Under the pieces are notes generated by a model that was not told the DNA's origin, made no database searches, and worked only from the letters and a program-made list of their open reading frames with translations. A stretch of 64,000 nucleotides of DNA from Mobula hypostoma (taxonomy: Eukaryota), in contig NC_086108.1 in assembly GCF_963921235.1 (NCBI RefSeq), forward strand, positions 21,390,001 to 21,454,000. The letters are read 5' to 3'. A program made the position numbers and the translations under genes. Shown here piece after piece: positions 24,776-38,086 of this stretch; position 1 is the first letter of the stretch; every line of letters starts with the position of its first letter.

Positions 24776-25124
24776 TTTGTTTAATAGGATGAAAGGTTTT
24801 AGACAAATGTGGATCAAATTGCTATGATCTTATAGGAAGATTTTTTTTGTGCTTTGTTGGGTAGAGTGTTCCAAGATTTCAACCTAGGTACGAGAAAAGA
24901 AAATAGATTTAAAATCTGAATGTCTGTGGTTTAGAGAAGAATTTGTTGGCAATGGTGTTCCCTTGCAGTCGCTGCTACCTTGCTCTGAAGCAGTGCCAGT
25001 TTAGGAAATGCTTTTGTCGTAGCGGAGGTGGCTATACACTGCCCACTGTATAGACAGTGTAATGTGTTCCATTATCTGAATCCTTAGGATGGCGACTGGA
25101 GTGCCAATAATGTGAATTGATTTA

Positions 25125-27988
25125 TAGAAACATAGAAAATAGGTGCAGGAGTAGGCCATTCGGCCCTTCGAGCCTGCACCACCTTTCAGCATGATCATGG
25201 CTGATCATCCAACTCAGAACCCTGTACCAGCCTTCCCTCCATACCCCCTGATCCCTTTAGCCACAAGGGCCATATCTAACTCCCTCTTAAATATAGCCAA
25301 TGAACTGGCCTCAACTGTTTCCTGTGGCAGAGAATTCCACAGATTCACCACTCTCTGTGTGAAGAAGTTTTTCCTAATCTCGGTCCTAAAGGGCTTCCCC
25401 TTTATCCTCAAACTGTGACCCCTCGTTCTGGACTTCCCCAACATCGGGAACAATCTTCCTGCATCTAGCCTGTCCAATCCCTTTAGGATTTTATACGTTT
25501 CAATCAGATCCCCCCGCAATCTTCTAAATTCCAACGAGTACAAGCCTAGTTCATCCAGTCTTTCTTCATATGAAAGTCCTGCCATCCCAGGAATCAATCT
25601 AGTGAACCTTCTTTGTACTCCCTCTGTGGCAAGGATATCTTTCCTCAGATTAGGGGACCAAAACTGCACACAATACTCCAGGTGTGGTCTCACCAAGGCC
25701 TTGTACAACTGCAGTAGTACCTCCCTGCTCCTGTACTCGAATCCTCTCGCTATAAATGCCAGCATACCATTCGCCTTTTTCACCGCCTGCTGTACCTGCA
25801 TGCCCACTTTCAATGACTGGCGTATAATGACACCCAGGTCTCGTTGCACCTCCCCTTTTCCTAATCGGCCACCATTCAGATAATAATCTGTTTTCCTATT
25901 TTTGCCACCAAAGTGGATAACTTCACATTTATCCACATTAAATTGCATCTGCCACGAATTCGCCCACTCACCCAACCTATCCAAGTCACCCTGCATCCTC
26001 CTCACAGCTAACACTGCCGCCCAGCTTCGTGTCATCCGCAAACGTGGAGATGCTGCATTTAATTCCCTCATCCAAGTCATTAATACATATTGTAAACAAC
26101 TGGGGTCCCAGCACTGAGCCTTGCGGTACCCCACTAGTCACTGCCTGCCATTCTGAAAAGGTCCCGTTTATTCCCACTCTTTGCATCCTGTCTGCCAACC
26201 AATTCTCTATCCACATCAATACCTTACCCCCAATACCATGTGCTTTAAGTTTGCACACTAATCTCCTGTGTGGGACCTTGTCAAAAGCCTTTTGAAAATC
26301 CAAATATACCACATCCACTGGTTCTCCTCTATCCACTCCACTAGTTACATCCTCAAAAAATTCTATGAGATTCGTGAGACATGATTTTCCTTTCACAAAT
26401 CCATGCTGACTTTGTCCAATGATTTCACCGCTTTCCAAATGTGCTGTTGTTGACTCCAGCAGTTTCCCCACCACCGACGTTAGGCTAACCGGTCTATAAT
26501 TCCCCGGTTTCTCTCTCCCTCCTTTTTTAAAATGTGGGGTTACATTAGCCACCCTCCAATCCTCAGGAACTAGTCCAGAATCTAACGAGTTTTGAAAGAT
26601 TATCACTAATGCATCCACTATTTCTTGGGCTACTTCCTTAAGCACTCTAGGATGCAGACCATCTGGCCCTGGGGATTTATCTGCCTTCAATCTCTTCAAT
26701 TTACCTAACACCACTTCCCTACTAACATGTATTTCGCTCAGTTCCTCCATCTCACTGGACCCTCTGTCCCCTACTATTTCTGGAAGATTATTTATGTCCT
26801 CCTTAGTGAAGACAGAATCAAAGTAATTATTCAGTTGGTCTGCCATGTCCTTGCTCCCCATAATCAATTCACCTGTTTCTGTCTGCAGGGGACCTACATT
26901 TGTCTTTACCAGTCTTTTCCTTTTTACATATCTATAAAAGCTTTTACAGTCAGTTTTTATGTTCCCTGCCAGTTTTCTCTCATAATCTTTTTTCCCCTTC
27001 CTAATTAAGCCCTTTGTCCTCCTCTGCTGAACTCTGAATTTCTCCCAGTCCTCAGGTGAGCCACTTTTTCTGGCTAATTTGTATGCTTCTTCTTTGGAAT
27101 TGATACTATCCCTAATTTCTCTTGTCAGCCACGGGTGCACTACCTTCCTTGATTTATTCTTTTGCCAAACTGGGATGAACAATTGTTGTAGTTCATCCAT
27201 GCAATCTTTAAATGCTTGCCATTGCATATCCACCGTCAATCCTTTAAGTGTCATTTGCCAGTCTATCTTAGCTAATTCACGTCTCATACCTTCAAAGTTA
27301 CCCCTCTTTAAGTTCAGAACCTTTGTTTCTGAATTAACTATGTCACTCTCCATCTTAATGAAGAATTCCACCATATTATGGTCACTCTTACCCAAGGGGC
27401 CTCTCACGACAAGATTGCTAATTAACCCTTCCTCATTGCTCAAAACCCAGTCCAGAATAGCCTGCTCTCTAGTTGGTTCCTTGACATGTTGGTTCAAAAA
27501 ACCATCCCGCATACATTCCAAGAAATCCTCTTCCTCAGCACCTTTACCAATTTGGTTCACCCAATCTACATGTAGATTGAAGTCACCCATTATAACTGCT
27601 GTTCCTTTATTGCACACATTTCTAATTTCCTGCTTAATACCATCTCCGACCTCACTACTACTGTTAAGTCGCCTGTACACAACCCCCACCAGCGTTTTCC
27701 GCCCCTTAAGTGTTATGCAGCTCTACCCAAATCGATTCCACATCTTCCCGGCCTATGTCCTTCCTTTCTATTGCGTTAATCTCATCTTTAACCAGCAACG
27801 CCACCCCACCTCCTTTTCTTTCATCTCTATCCTTCCTGAATATTGAATATCCCTGAACGTTGAGCTCCCATCCTTGGTCACCCTGGAGCCATGTCTCTGT
27901 GATCCCAACTATATCATAATCATTAATAACAATCTGCACTTTCAATTCATCCACCTTGTTACGAATGCTCCTTGCATTGACACATAAA
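25125..27988 (-). mobile_element. Young CR1 with almost complete ORF2 (APE+RT), frameshifted
   Basis: ORFs 27706-27954, 25986-27689, 25214-26134: GITETW, MGDFN, SDHN, FADD; tail at 25125. Confidence 0.95.
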
Positions 27989-28834
27989 GTGTTCCTTTAG
28001 ATAAAATTAAAAATCTTTGGGAAGAATATTTACAGACTTAAATTTCTGAGGAAACTTGGAATCAAATTTTCCAATTGGTCAACACTTCATCGTTATGTGC
28101 CCATCACTCTCTTCTTCAATTTAAAGTGGTCCATAGGGCCCATGTGACTAAGGATAAGTTGTCTCGTTTTTATTTAGATATATCTCCGTATTGTGATAAA
28201 TGTAATAATGGAGAAGCTTCACTCATTCATATGTTTTGGACGTGTCCGAGTCTTGGAAAATATTGGAAAGAAGTATTTCAAACCTTTTCGATACTTTTTA
28301 AAGTAAATTTCAAGCCTAATCCTTTGACTGCTTTATTTGGTATTGTTGGAGGAAAGGATATTATTTTGGAGTCATCTGATTTGTATATTTTGGCTTTTAT
28401 GTCTCTTGTGGCCAGAAGGATGCTTTTGCTTAAATGGAAAGATGTGGCCCCTCCTATTCATGCCCAATGGTTGTGTGATGTGATGTGATGTTTAAATTTA
28501 GAGAAGATTCAATGTACAATCTTTGAATCTAATCAAGACTTTCAAATATTGTGGGGACCTTTTCTGAATTATTTTCAAAACCTTTGATTTGCTGTTAAAG
28601 CACAGATGATGACTAACAATCTTTTTTCTTTTTTTCTACTAATCAGCTTCGGTCGTGGTAGTGGGTTATATATTTTTTATATAATAAAATTATTATTTTT
28701 CAATGTTACAAACTAATTGACTTGTACGAATATAGGGTAAGGAGTCTTTATATGGATTTAGCTTAATGTATTGACACATAGTTTTTTCCTGTACTCTGAA
28801 TTCTTATATATAAATTAATAAAAATATTGGAAAG
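27986..28834 (+). mobile_element. L1 3' part (continuation of 22155-23627)
   Basis: LLQFKVVHR...CDKCNNGEASLIHMFWTC; AATAAA near the end, followed by the 18-bp TSD copy 28835-28852. Confidence 0.9.
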
Positions 28835-29100
28835 AGGTTTATAAAAGATATTGATCGACAATTTGTCTCCAGTGATGGAAGGAGAGAGATCGAGAAACGG
28901 GACAGAGAATTTAAAGGCAAGGTGGAAACTGGAAGCAAAGTTGATGAAACTGATGAGCTCAGTACGAGTGCATGAAGCAGCATGAAGGCAATTGTCAATG
29001 TGGTGCAGAAAGAGTTGGAGCTCATTACCAGGGAAGGTTTGGAACATGGACTATTCTATGTAGCCAACGAAAAGGCCAGCATAAGTGGGGCCCATGGCTA
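28835..29100 (-). mobile_element. Penelope-like RT fragment (upstream part of 23628-24775)
   Basis: ORF 28763-29047: FLHHIDNC...PFLDL...DKLSINIFYKP. Confidence 0.8.
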
Positions 29101-29126
29101 CAGAATAGCCATAGAAACAAATAATA

Positions 29127-30369
29127 CAGGTTTCCCTCGCTATCCGAAGGTGGAGCATTCCTACGAAACTGTTCGTAAGCTGGAATGTCGTAAAGTGAAT
29201 AAGCAATTACCATTTATTAATATGGGAAAAATTTCTGAGTGTTTCCAGACCCAAAAAATAACCTACAAAATCATGCCAAATAACACATAAAACCTAAAAT
29301 AACAGTAACATATAGTAAAAGCGGGAATGATATAATAAATACACAGCCTATATAAAGTAGAAATACTTTTCTGCAGCACTGTCTAGCGCAGCGAAAATCT
29401 CACGGCAGTACTCCTGGCAGAAACACTCTCTCCAGTAACCTTTAAGCTATGAAGCTGCCAAATCATACCAAATAACACATAAAAATACACAGCCTATATA
29501 AAGTAGAAATAATGTATGTACAGTGTAGTTTCACTTACCAGAATCGGGAAGACTCCAATAAATTGCAGTTTCGTCACAGTTAAACACTTGCTTATACGAA
29601 TAACCACTCTCTGTAATTATTTTCTTCAGTTCTGCTGGGAACTTTTCGGTAGCTTCAGTATCAGCCAAAGCACTCTCTCCGGTAAATGTTAAACTGTGAA
29701 GCTGCCCTCGCCTCAGAAACTGATCAAACCACCCATGACTACCTTTAAATTCCACCTTCACAACACTTTCATCACCAACGTACAGTGCTTTCTGTTTCAG
29801 CTTATTAAAAAAACTGACTAGTTTCTCCTTAAGTATAAGAAAACCTAATGGAACACCACGCTTTGGACACCCATCAATCCACTCAAGCAATAGACTTTCC
29901 ATTTTATCTATTATTGGATGCCGACTAAGAGAGACCACTTAGCTACGAGCAGAACCAACAGTAACATCGGCGGCTTTCAAAATTCTTTCTCTCTACGTAT
30001 AAACAGTGCAAATGGTGGACGCAGGCAAGTTCAACGTGCGGACAATGTCCTTACTTCATTCACCACAATCGAAACTCTTAATTATGTCTAGTTTTACGCT
30101 AAGTGTAACACCCTTACGAGCTCTTTTAGCCTTTTCCGATACCTCAGAACTCATCTTGCTAACGGATGCACAAAATAAATTCGAGATAAAGCACGTGTTT
30201 AAGCAATGGCGGCTAGAATGCAGTTCCGGGGGAGGAGCCTGGCTGTTCGGGCGTGCGCTGCCTTTTTTTGTAACAGTGAAAACACCTTCTGTTAGCAAAA
30301 ACAGGTAACTAATGTAGGTCTTTCAGCGAGGTGTCGTAAAGCGAACATTCAGAAAACCGGAGCCACCTG
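29127..30369 (-). mobile_element. Tigger/pogo DNA transposon, internally deleted
   Basis: TA|CAGGT...ACCTG|TA ends; CENP-B-type HTH (TLSVKLDII; FKGSHGWFDQF) and VFNCDETAIYW, then truncated. Confidence 0.9.
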
Positions 30370-30601
30370 TACATTGCTTCAATTCTTCTCTACCGGAATC
30401 TGACTGTATCAGAATAAAATAATAAAAAGTAAAATACACTAAAAAAAGAAACATACCTCAGCAGGCCAGACAAACATGAGAAAGAAAAAAAATTGTGGAA
30501 CTGACCTGATAGATTAACTTTGTTTCTCTTTCCAATTTGCTGCCTTATCTGCATTTTCATTTTTTAATTCCAGATTTCCAGCATCAGTCATTTTTCATTT
30601 T

Positions 30602-33068
30602 AGACAATAGGCAATAGGTGCAGAAGTAGACCATTCGGCCCTTCGAGTCTGCACCGCCATTCTGAGATCATGGCTGATCATCTACTATCAATACCTGGTT
30701 CCTACCTTGTCCCCATAACCCTTGATTCCCCTATCCATAAGATACCTATCTAGCTCTTTCTTGAAAGCATCCAGAGAATTGGCCTCCACTGTCTTCTGAG
30801 GCAGAGCGTTCCACACCTCCACAACTCTCTGGGAGAAGAAGTTCCTCCTCAACTCTGTCCTAAATGACCTACCCCTTATTCTTAAACCATGCCCCCTGGT
30901 ACTGGACTCTCCCAGCATCTGGATCATATTTCCTGCCTCTATCTTGTCCAATCCCTTAATAATCTTATATGTCTCAATCAGATCCCCCCTCAATCTCCTT
31001 AATTCCAGCGTGTACAAGCCCAGTCTCTCCAACCTCTCTGCGTAAGACAGTCCGGACATCCCAGGAATTAACCTAGTGAACCTACGCTGCACCTCCTCCA
31101 CAGCCAGGATGTCCTTCCTTAACCCTGGAGACCAAAACTGCACACAATACTCCAGCTGTGGTCTCACCAGGGCCCTGTACAAATGCAAAAGGATTTCCTT
31201 GCTCTTGTACTCAATTCCCTTTGTAATAAAGGCCAACATTCCATTAGCCTTCTTCACTGCCTGCTGCACTTGCTCATTCACCTTCAGAGACTGATGAACA
31301 AGTACTCCTAGATCTCTTTGTATTTCACCCTTACCTAACTCCACACCGTTCAGATAATAATCTGCCTTCCTGTTCTTGCTCCCAAAGTGAATAACCTCAC
31401 ACTTATTCACATTAAACGCCATCTGCCAAGTTTCTGCCCACTCACCCAGCCTATCCAAGTCACCTTGAATTCTCCTAACATCTTCATCACGTCACACTGC
31501 CACCCAGCTTAGTATCATCAGCAAACTTGCTGATGTTATTCACAATGCCTTCCTCTGAATCATTGACGTAAATTGTAAACAGCTGTGATCCCAATACCGA
31601 GCTCCGTGGCACCCCACTAGTCACCACCTGCCATTCCGAGAAACACCCATTCACTGCCACCCTTTGCTTTCTATCTGCCAACCAGTTTTCTATCCATGTC
31701 AATATCCTCCCCTCAATGCCATGAGCTCTGATTTTGCCCACCAATCTCCTATGTGGTACCTTATCAAATGCCTTCTGAAAGTCAAGGTACACCACATCCA
31801 CTGGATCTCCCGCGTCTATCTTCCTGGTTACATCCTCGAAAAACTCCAACAGATTAGTCAAGCATGATTTGCCCTTGGTAAATCCATGCTGTCTCGGCCC
31901 AATCCTACCACTGCTATCAAGATATGCCGCTATTTCATCTTTAGTAATGGACTCTAGCATCTTCCCCACTACTGATGTTAGGCTAACAGGGTGATAGTTC
32001 TGTTTTCTCCCTCCCTCCTTTCTTAAAAAGTGGGATAACATTAGCCATTCGCCAATCCTCAGGAACTGATCCTGAATCTAAGGAACATTGGAAAATGATC
32101 ACCAATGCACCTGCAATTTCCAGAGCCACCTCCTTTAGTACCCTAGGATGCAGACCATCTGGACCTGGGGATTTGTTAGCCTTCAGTGCCATCAGTCTAC
32201 TCATCAATGTTTCCTTCCTAATGTCAATCTGTTTCAGTTCCTCTGTTACCCTATGTCCTTGGCCCATCCATACATCTGGGAGATTGCTTGTGTCTTCCCT
32301 AGTGAAGACAGATCCAAAGTACTTATTAAATTCATCTGCCATTTCTCTGTTTCCCCTAACAATTTCTCCCAATTCATTCTTCAAGGGCCCAACATTGTTC
32401 TTAACTATCTTCCTTCTCTTCACATACCTAAAAAAACTTTTGCTATCCTCCTTTATATTCCTAGCTAGCTTGTGTTCATACCTCATTTTTTCTCCCCGTA
32501 TTGCCTTTTTAGTTAAATTCCGTTGCTCCTTAAAAATTTCCCAATCATCCATCTTCCCACTCACCTTAGCTCTGTTATACTTCTTCTTTAATGCTATGCT
32601 ATCTCTGACTTCCTTTGTCAACCACTGTGGCCACTTCCCCCCTTTGAATCCTTCCTTCTCCGGGGGATGAACTGATTTTGCACCTTGTGCATTATTCCCA
32701 AGAATACCTGCCATTGCTGTTCCACTGTCTTTTCTGCTAGGATATCTGACCAGTCAACTTTGGACAGCTCCTCCCTCGTGGCTCCATAGTCTCCTTTGTT
32801 CAACTGCAATACTGACACTTCTGATCTGCCCTTATCCCTCTCAACTTGCAGATAAAAACTTATCATATTATGGTCACTACCTCCTAATGGCTCCTTTATT
32901 TCAAGATCACTTATCAAATCCTGTTCATTGCACAACACTAAATCCAGAATAGCCTTATCCCTGGTCAGCTCTCATACAAGCTGCTCCAAAAATGCATCCC
33001 GTAGGCACTCTACAAACTCCCTATCCTGGAGTCCGGTACCAACCTGATTTTCCCAGTTCACCTGCATT
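30602..33068 (-). mobile_element. CR1 LINE (distinct family), ORF2 pseudogene
   Basis: ORFs 32618-32938, 31983-32714, 31487-32041, 30688-31458 with SDHN, PGPDG, KFADD. Confidence 0.95.
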
Positions 33069-34321
33069 CTTTAAAATGTAAGGAATGTGTAAAATAGTAA
33101 AAAAAAACTTTTTCCTCCCATTTATCCATGTCCTGTACCCTATGGCAACCAGCACAAGCAACAAATAATGAAAAGTAAAATAAGGTTCTTGGCTCACATG
33201 CAGAGGGAGTACAAAACGTAGAAGGCAAAATTCTCTGCGGGCTAGGATTGAACTTACAGGAAAAGTTAATTCAAAACCAACATGGAGAATTGAATGATTC
33301 CATTAATCAGATACCATCACTGCAGGCAATGAAGCACTTTTGAATATGAAAAAACATGAGGTGAAACAGTGCGAGAACAACCAAGGAACATCTACTGTCC
33401 AGTGTAATTAGCCAGTGTAATGAAGGGAGAGTGTTCAAATGCAGTTTCCTCCAACTCATTCTTTCTTGAAAAATGGAAGATTGAATTCTTCACTGTACTG
33501 TTGTGCCCTGTTCCCATTATCAACACAAGCAAAAAATTGTCACTACTAATTTACTTCATCCCTTCTGATTTTGCTCTTTGTATTCTTCAACTGGTAAATT
33601 ATCCCTCAGCATGGTTTAAGAAAAATTAGTCATACTACAAAATTTTCTAACTTTCATAGAGTGGGAGTTAAAACTGTAGACAGATGGCGCCATCTGAAGA
33701 AAATGGAGCATTGGGTGTTGACCAGACTAAACCAACAATCAGTGGTTGACATTTTCAACTACTAATTTCTTCATTATTTACCCAAGATATGGCACAAATA
33801 CAGCAATTTTCATTTTTTAGATAGGCTATAATTCACCAAGTGTTATGGTTTAACAATAAAAGGGCTACAGTTCTAACCTGATGCTCCTCCACAGCACATA
33901 AACATTAGGATCCAAAGGGTCAACAGAGCTTTAGTTAGAGATGAGAACAGCGGTAACTATTTTGCCAGCATGCTTACTGAAATAAACAGTCCTCTATGGT
34001 GATAAACATGAGCTGATTCAAAAGACATTAAGAAGCGACTTTAAAAAAAAATTACACAATTAGTTTAAGTGATTCCACTATGTAAAAAACAAGAATGGAT
34101 ACAGCCCTTGCAGAAAAATCAATCCTTTCCAGTTTTTAAAAATTTAATTTTATGTAGTGAACATCTGATTTATTTTCTGTGAAGAGCACTTTGTCTACTG
34201 CCAGTAGAAGCATCACAGGTTAGAAAACCAGATCCTACCATTATTCTGGGGAATTAGCAAACTACAAAAATTCAGGAAACAACATCACCCACAAGCAGCA
34301 AATGAAAGAGTCAGTGACACG

Positions 34322-36075
34322 TATAGAACACTACAGAAACAGGCCCTTCAGCCCATTGAGTCCACTGAACTATGTATCTGCCTAGTCCCATCAGCCTGCA
34401 CCCAGACCATAGCCCTCTACACCCCTCTCATCCATCTACCTATCCAAGTTTCTCTTAAATCAAACCTGCACCTAACACTTCTGCTGGCAGCTCATTTCAC
34501 ACTCTCACCATCCTCTGAATGAAGGAGTTCCCCTCATATTCTCCTTAAACATTTCACCTTTCACTCTTAACTCAAGATCACTAGTACTCCTGTACTCAAT
34601 ACTACGATCTATGAAGGTCAATGTGCCAAAAGCTCTTTTTACCCATGACACCACTTTCAAGGAATTATGTATCTGTATTCTCAGATCCCTTTATTCTATC
34701 CAATGCTCAGTGCTGTACTACTCACTATGTAAGTCCTACCCTGGTTTGTCCTTTCAAAGTGCAACGTGTCACACTTATCTACATTAAATTCCATCTGCCA
34801 TTTTCAGCCCGTTTTTCCAGCTGGTCCAGATCCCTCTGCAAGTTTTAATGGGCTTCCTTGCTGTCCACAACTCCTCCAATCTTGCTGTCACCTGAAAATT
34901 TGCTGATCCAGTTTGCTATATTATCATCCAGATCATTGATATAGATGCCAAACAACAACAGACCCAGCACTGATTCCTGCGGCACATCACTAGTCACAGA
35001 CCTCCAGTCAGAGAAACAACCATCTCCTACCACACTCTGGCTTCTTTTGTGAAGCTAATGTCTAATTCAATTTACTATCTCATCTTGAATGCCAAGCAAC
35101 TAAACCTTCTTGACCAATCTCCCATGTGGGAAAAATCAAGAGAAAATCTGCAAATGCTGGAAGTCTAAGCAACACACAATGCTGGAGGAACTCAGCAGGC
35201 CTGGCAGCATCTATGAAAAAGAGTACAGTTGATGCTTCGAGTTGAGACCCTTCATCAGGGCCTTTCTTCTCTGTAAACTACAGATGGTCCGCGACCTCAG
35301 CCCTGTTTCGTCTCACCTCTATAGACTCTGTGTCCGCCTCCTGAGCAAATACTGGTGGAAAAAATCTATTTAAGATCCCCCCCCCAATATCTTTTGGATC
35401 CATGCATCGACGACCACTCTGATCATCAAGTGGATCAATTTTGTCCCTTACTACAGTATCCTTTTGTTCTTAATATCTGTCGATGCCTTTCAGATTCTCC
35501 GTCACTTTGTTTGCTAAAGCAAACTCATACTTTTTTTTAACCTTCTTTCTTAAGAGTTCTCTTACACTTCTTATACTCCAGTACAGCATTTGTTCCTTCC
35601 TGCCTATACCTGCTATACACCTCCTTCTTCTTTTTAATCAGGGTCTCAATATCTTTCAAATACTAAGGTTCCATAAATCTGTTATCCTTGCCTTTTATTC
35701 TGACAGGAACATACGCACCATACTCTCAAAACTTCACCGTTGAAAGCTTCCCACTTACCAAGCACAACTTTGCCAGTGAACAACCTGTCCCAATCCACAC
35801 TTGCCAGATCCTTTCTGATACCATTAAAATTGGCCTTTCTTCAATTTAGAATTTCAACCCAAGGACCAGTCCTATCCTTCTCCATAATTACCTTGAAAGT
35901 AATGGCATTATGATCACAAGATTCAAACTGTTCCCCAAAACAAACTTCTGTTACATGCCCTGTCTCATTCATGGGAAATATGATATTGGACTCTCAATGG
36001 ATTGATTAAGGAAACTTTCCTGAATACAATTGACAAACTCTATGCCATCCAGCCTTTTTAAAGTATGGGCATCCT
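34322..36075 (-). mobile_element. Heavily deleted old CR1 fragments with a Penelope pLTR piece (~35135-35261)
   Basis: DVPQESVLG..YINDLD..KFSGD; CR1-type tail at ~34322; degenerate hammerhead motif 35227-35261. Confidence 0.7.
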
Positions 36076-36381
36076 CCACATGGTTCCAACACCATGCACT
36101 TGTCATTATGAATTCCAATTACCTCTGTTTTTTTAAATGAAGAACAAATATCCTAAATCATATAAAGCATAGGAAATTAACAGTAATTAATAATCTTCCT
36201 CTCTCATTCCTTTGATTTTTTTTCTCTGTCTGGTTTATCAAATCTCCAGGTTCCCTGCATGTGTTTACACAATTTCTTGTTTTCTCTAAAGGTTTAAATG
36301 TACATTATATATACACATAAAAATGAACACCTGGATAGTTGTTAACTATATTAACCCTTCATTCAAATATGTTTCACTTAC

Positions 36382-36466
36382 CATCAATGTTCATTGCTGG
36401 TAAAACAAGAGACATTTTTGGTCTGGTTGTCTTGTTATGGCTGATAGCTGGTAGCAAAAAATGATC
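36382..36466 (-). CDS. ATF6: Internal coding exon of activating transcription factor 6 (ER-luminal region); alpha paralogue favoured, beta not excluded
   Basis: 85 nt; acceptor ..ttatctgcttgtttttcAG, donor GTaagt; phase 0 to phase 1; translates [28 protein letters not shown], matching ATF6 [17 protein letters not shown] with the NKT sequon. Confidence 0.92.
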
Positions 36467-37310
36467 CTGAAAAACAAGCAGATAAAATCGTTTCACAATG
36501 TATGCTACCAATATCAAAAGGTAAGATGCAAGTCATATCTTGGGACATAAATTCAGCCTTCAGTTTATTTAATGATCATAAATCAATCTTTAGTTTATTA
36601 AATAAATTAGATTCTAACATTTTCAAACTCACATGATTGAAAATGGGTGATCCTTCTATTCACCCATTTAATCCTATCTGCAAACTTGAAGTCCAGCTGA
36701 ATAAGGCTGTTTCTAAACTTCGTTCCAGCGTTCTCAGCCTCTCAGCTGAAAACTTATACTCCTGTTGGATTCCCAGTTTATTGGATACAACAGTAATCCT
36801 CCAACATAAGGACATCATTTAGCATTGATGATTTGCTGAATGAGCATTGAAATGCTGTTTGACTGTGATGACCTGAAAGCCTCACATCTGCACATACATT
36901 CGGTGACAATGCAAATCATGTCAGATTTCCCCCCTCAATGCCTTGAAGCCTCAATTCATAGTGCTGCTCTAGCTGAGTTCAGTGAAGTAATTTCCATTAT
37001 GTATATCATTTCTACCGTGAGCCGGAGAATAACTAATTGATCCAGTGTTTGCAACCACAAGGAATGGCTTGTGAACATATTTCATTCTGCTTCTGAACAT
37101 CCTTTAAGGATGAAGGAATAAGAACAGTTCTTTTCAAATACAAATAAGACAGCACCCAGAACAGCTTCTTCTGAACAAAGTCAATTACACTCAATTGAGC
37201 TTAATTTTTGAGTCATTGCTTTGATAAATGGAAGAAAAACTGGTTTCAAAACATGAAGTCCTTTCAAGTAAACACTATCTTTATCCCATGAGGATAAGAT
37301 AAGTTATATT

Positions 37311-38086
37311 ACATAGAAACATAGAAAATAGGTGCAGGAGTAGGCCATTCGGCCCTTCGAGCCTGCACCGCCATTTATTATGATCATGGCTGATCATCCA
37401 ACTCAGAACCCCGCCCCAGCCTTCCCTCCATACCCCCTGACTCCCTCTATGGCAAAGGGCCATATCTAACTCCCTCTTAAACATAGCCAATGAACTGGCC
37501 TCAACAGTTTCCTGTGGCAGAGAATTCCACAGATTCACCACTGTGTGAAGAAGTTTTTCCTAATCTCGGTCCTAAAAGGCTTCCCCTCTATCCTCAAACT
37601 GTGACCCCTCGTTCTGGACTTCCCCAACATCGGGAACAATCTTCCTGCATCTAGCCTGTCCAATCCCTTTAGGATCTTATACGTTTCAATCAGATCCCCC
37701 CTCAATCTTCTAAATTCCAACCAGTACAAGCCCAGTTCATCCAGTCTTTCTTCATATGAAAGTCCTGCCATCCCAGGAAACAATCTGGTGAACCTTCTTT
37801 GTACTCCCTCTATGGCAAGGATGTCTTTCCTCAGATTAGGGGACCAAAACTGCACACAATACTCCAGGTGTGGTCTCACCAAGGCCTTGTACAACTGCAG
37901 TAGTACCTCCCTGCTCCTGTACTCGAATCCTCTCGCTATAAATGCCAGCATACCATTCGCCTTTTTCACCGCCTGCTGTACCTGCATGCCCACTTTCAAT
38001 GACTGGTGTATAATGACACCCAGGTCTCGTTGCACCTCCCCTTTTCCTAATCGGCCACCATTCAGATAATAATCTGTTTTCCTATT
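37311..38086 (-). mobile_element. Young CR1, 5'-truncated
   Basis: ORF 37535-38152 matches the family C-terminus; TTTCTATG tail. Confidence 0.95.

Noticed and set aside
25602..27846. Recurrent antisense ORFs (e.g. 27079-27846, 25602-25883) as a conserved gene
   Set aside because: They are shadow frames of CR1 ORF2 and recur only because the repeat recurs.
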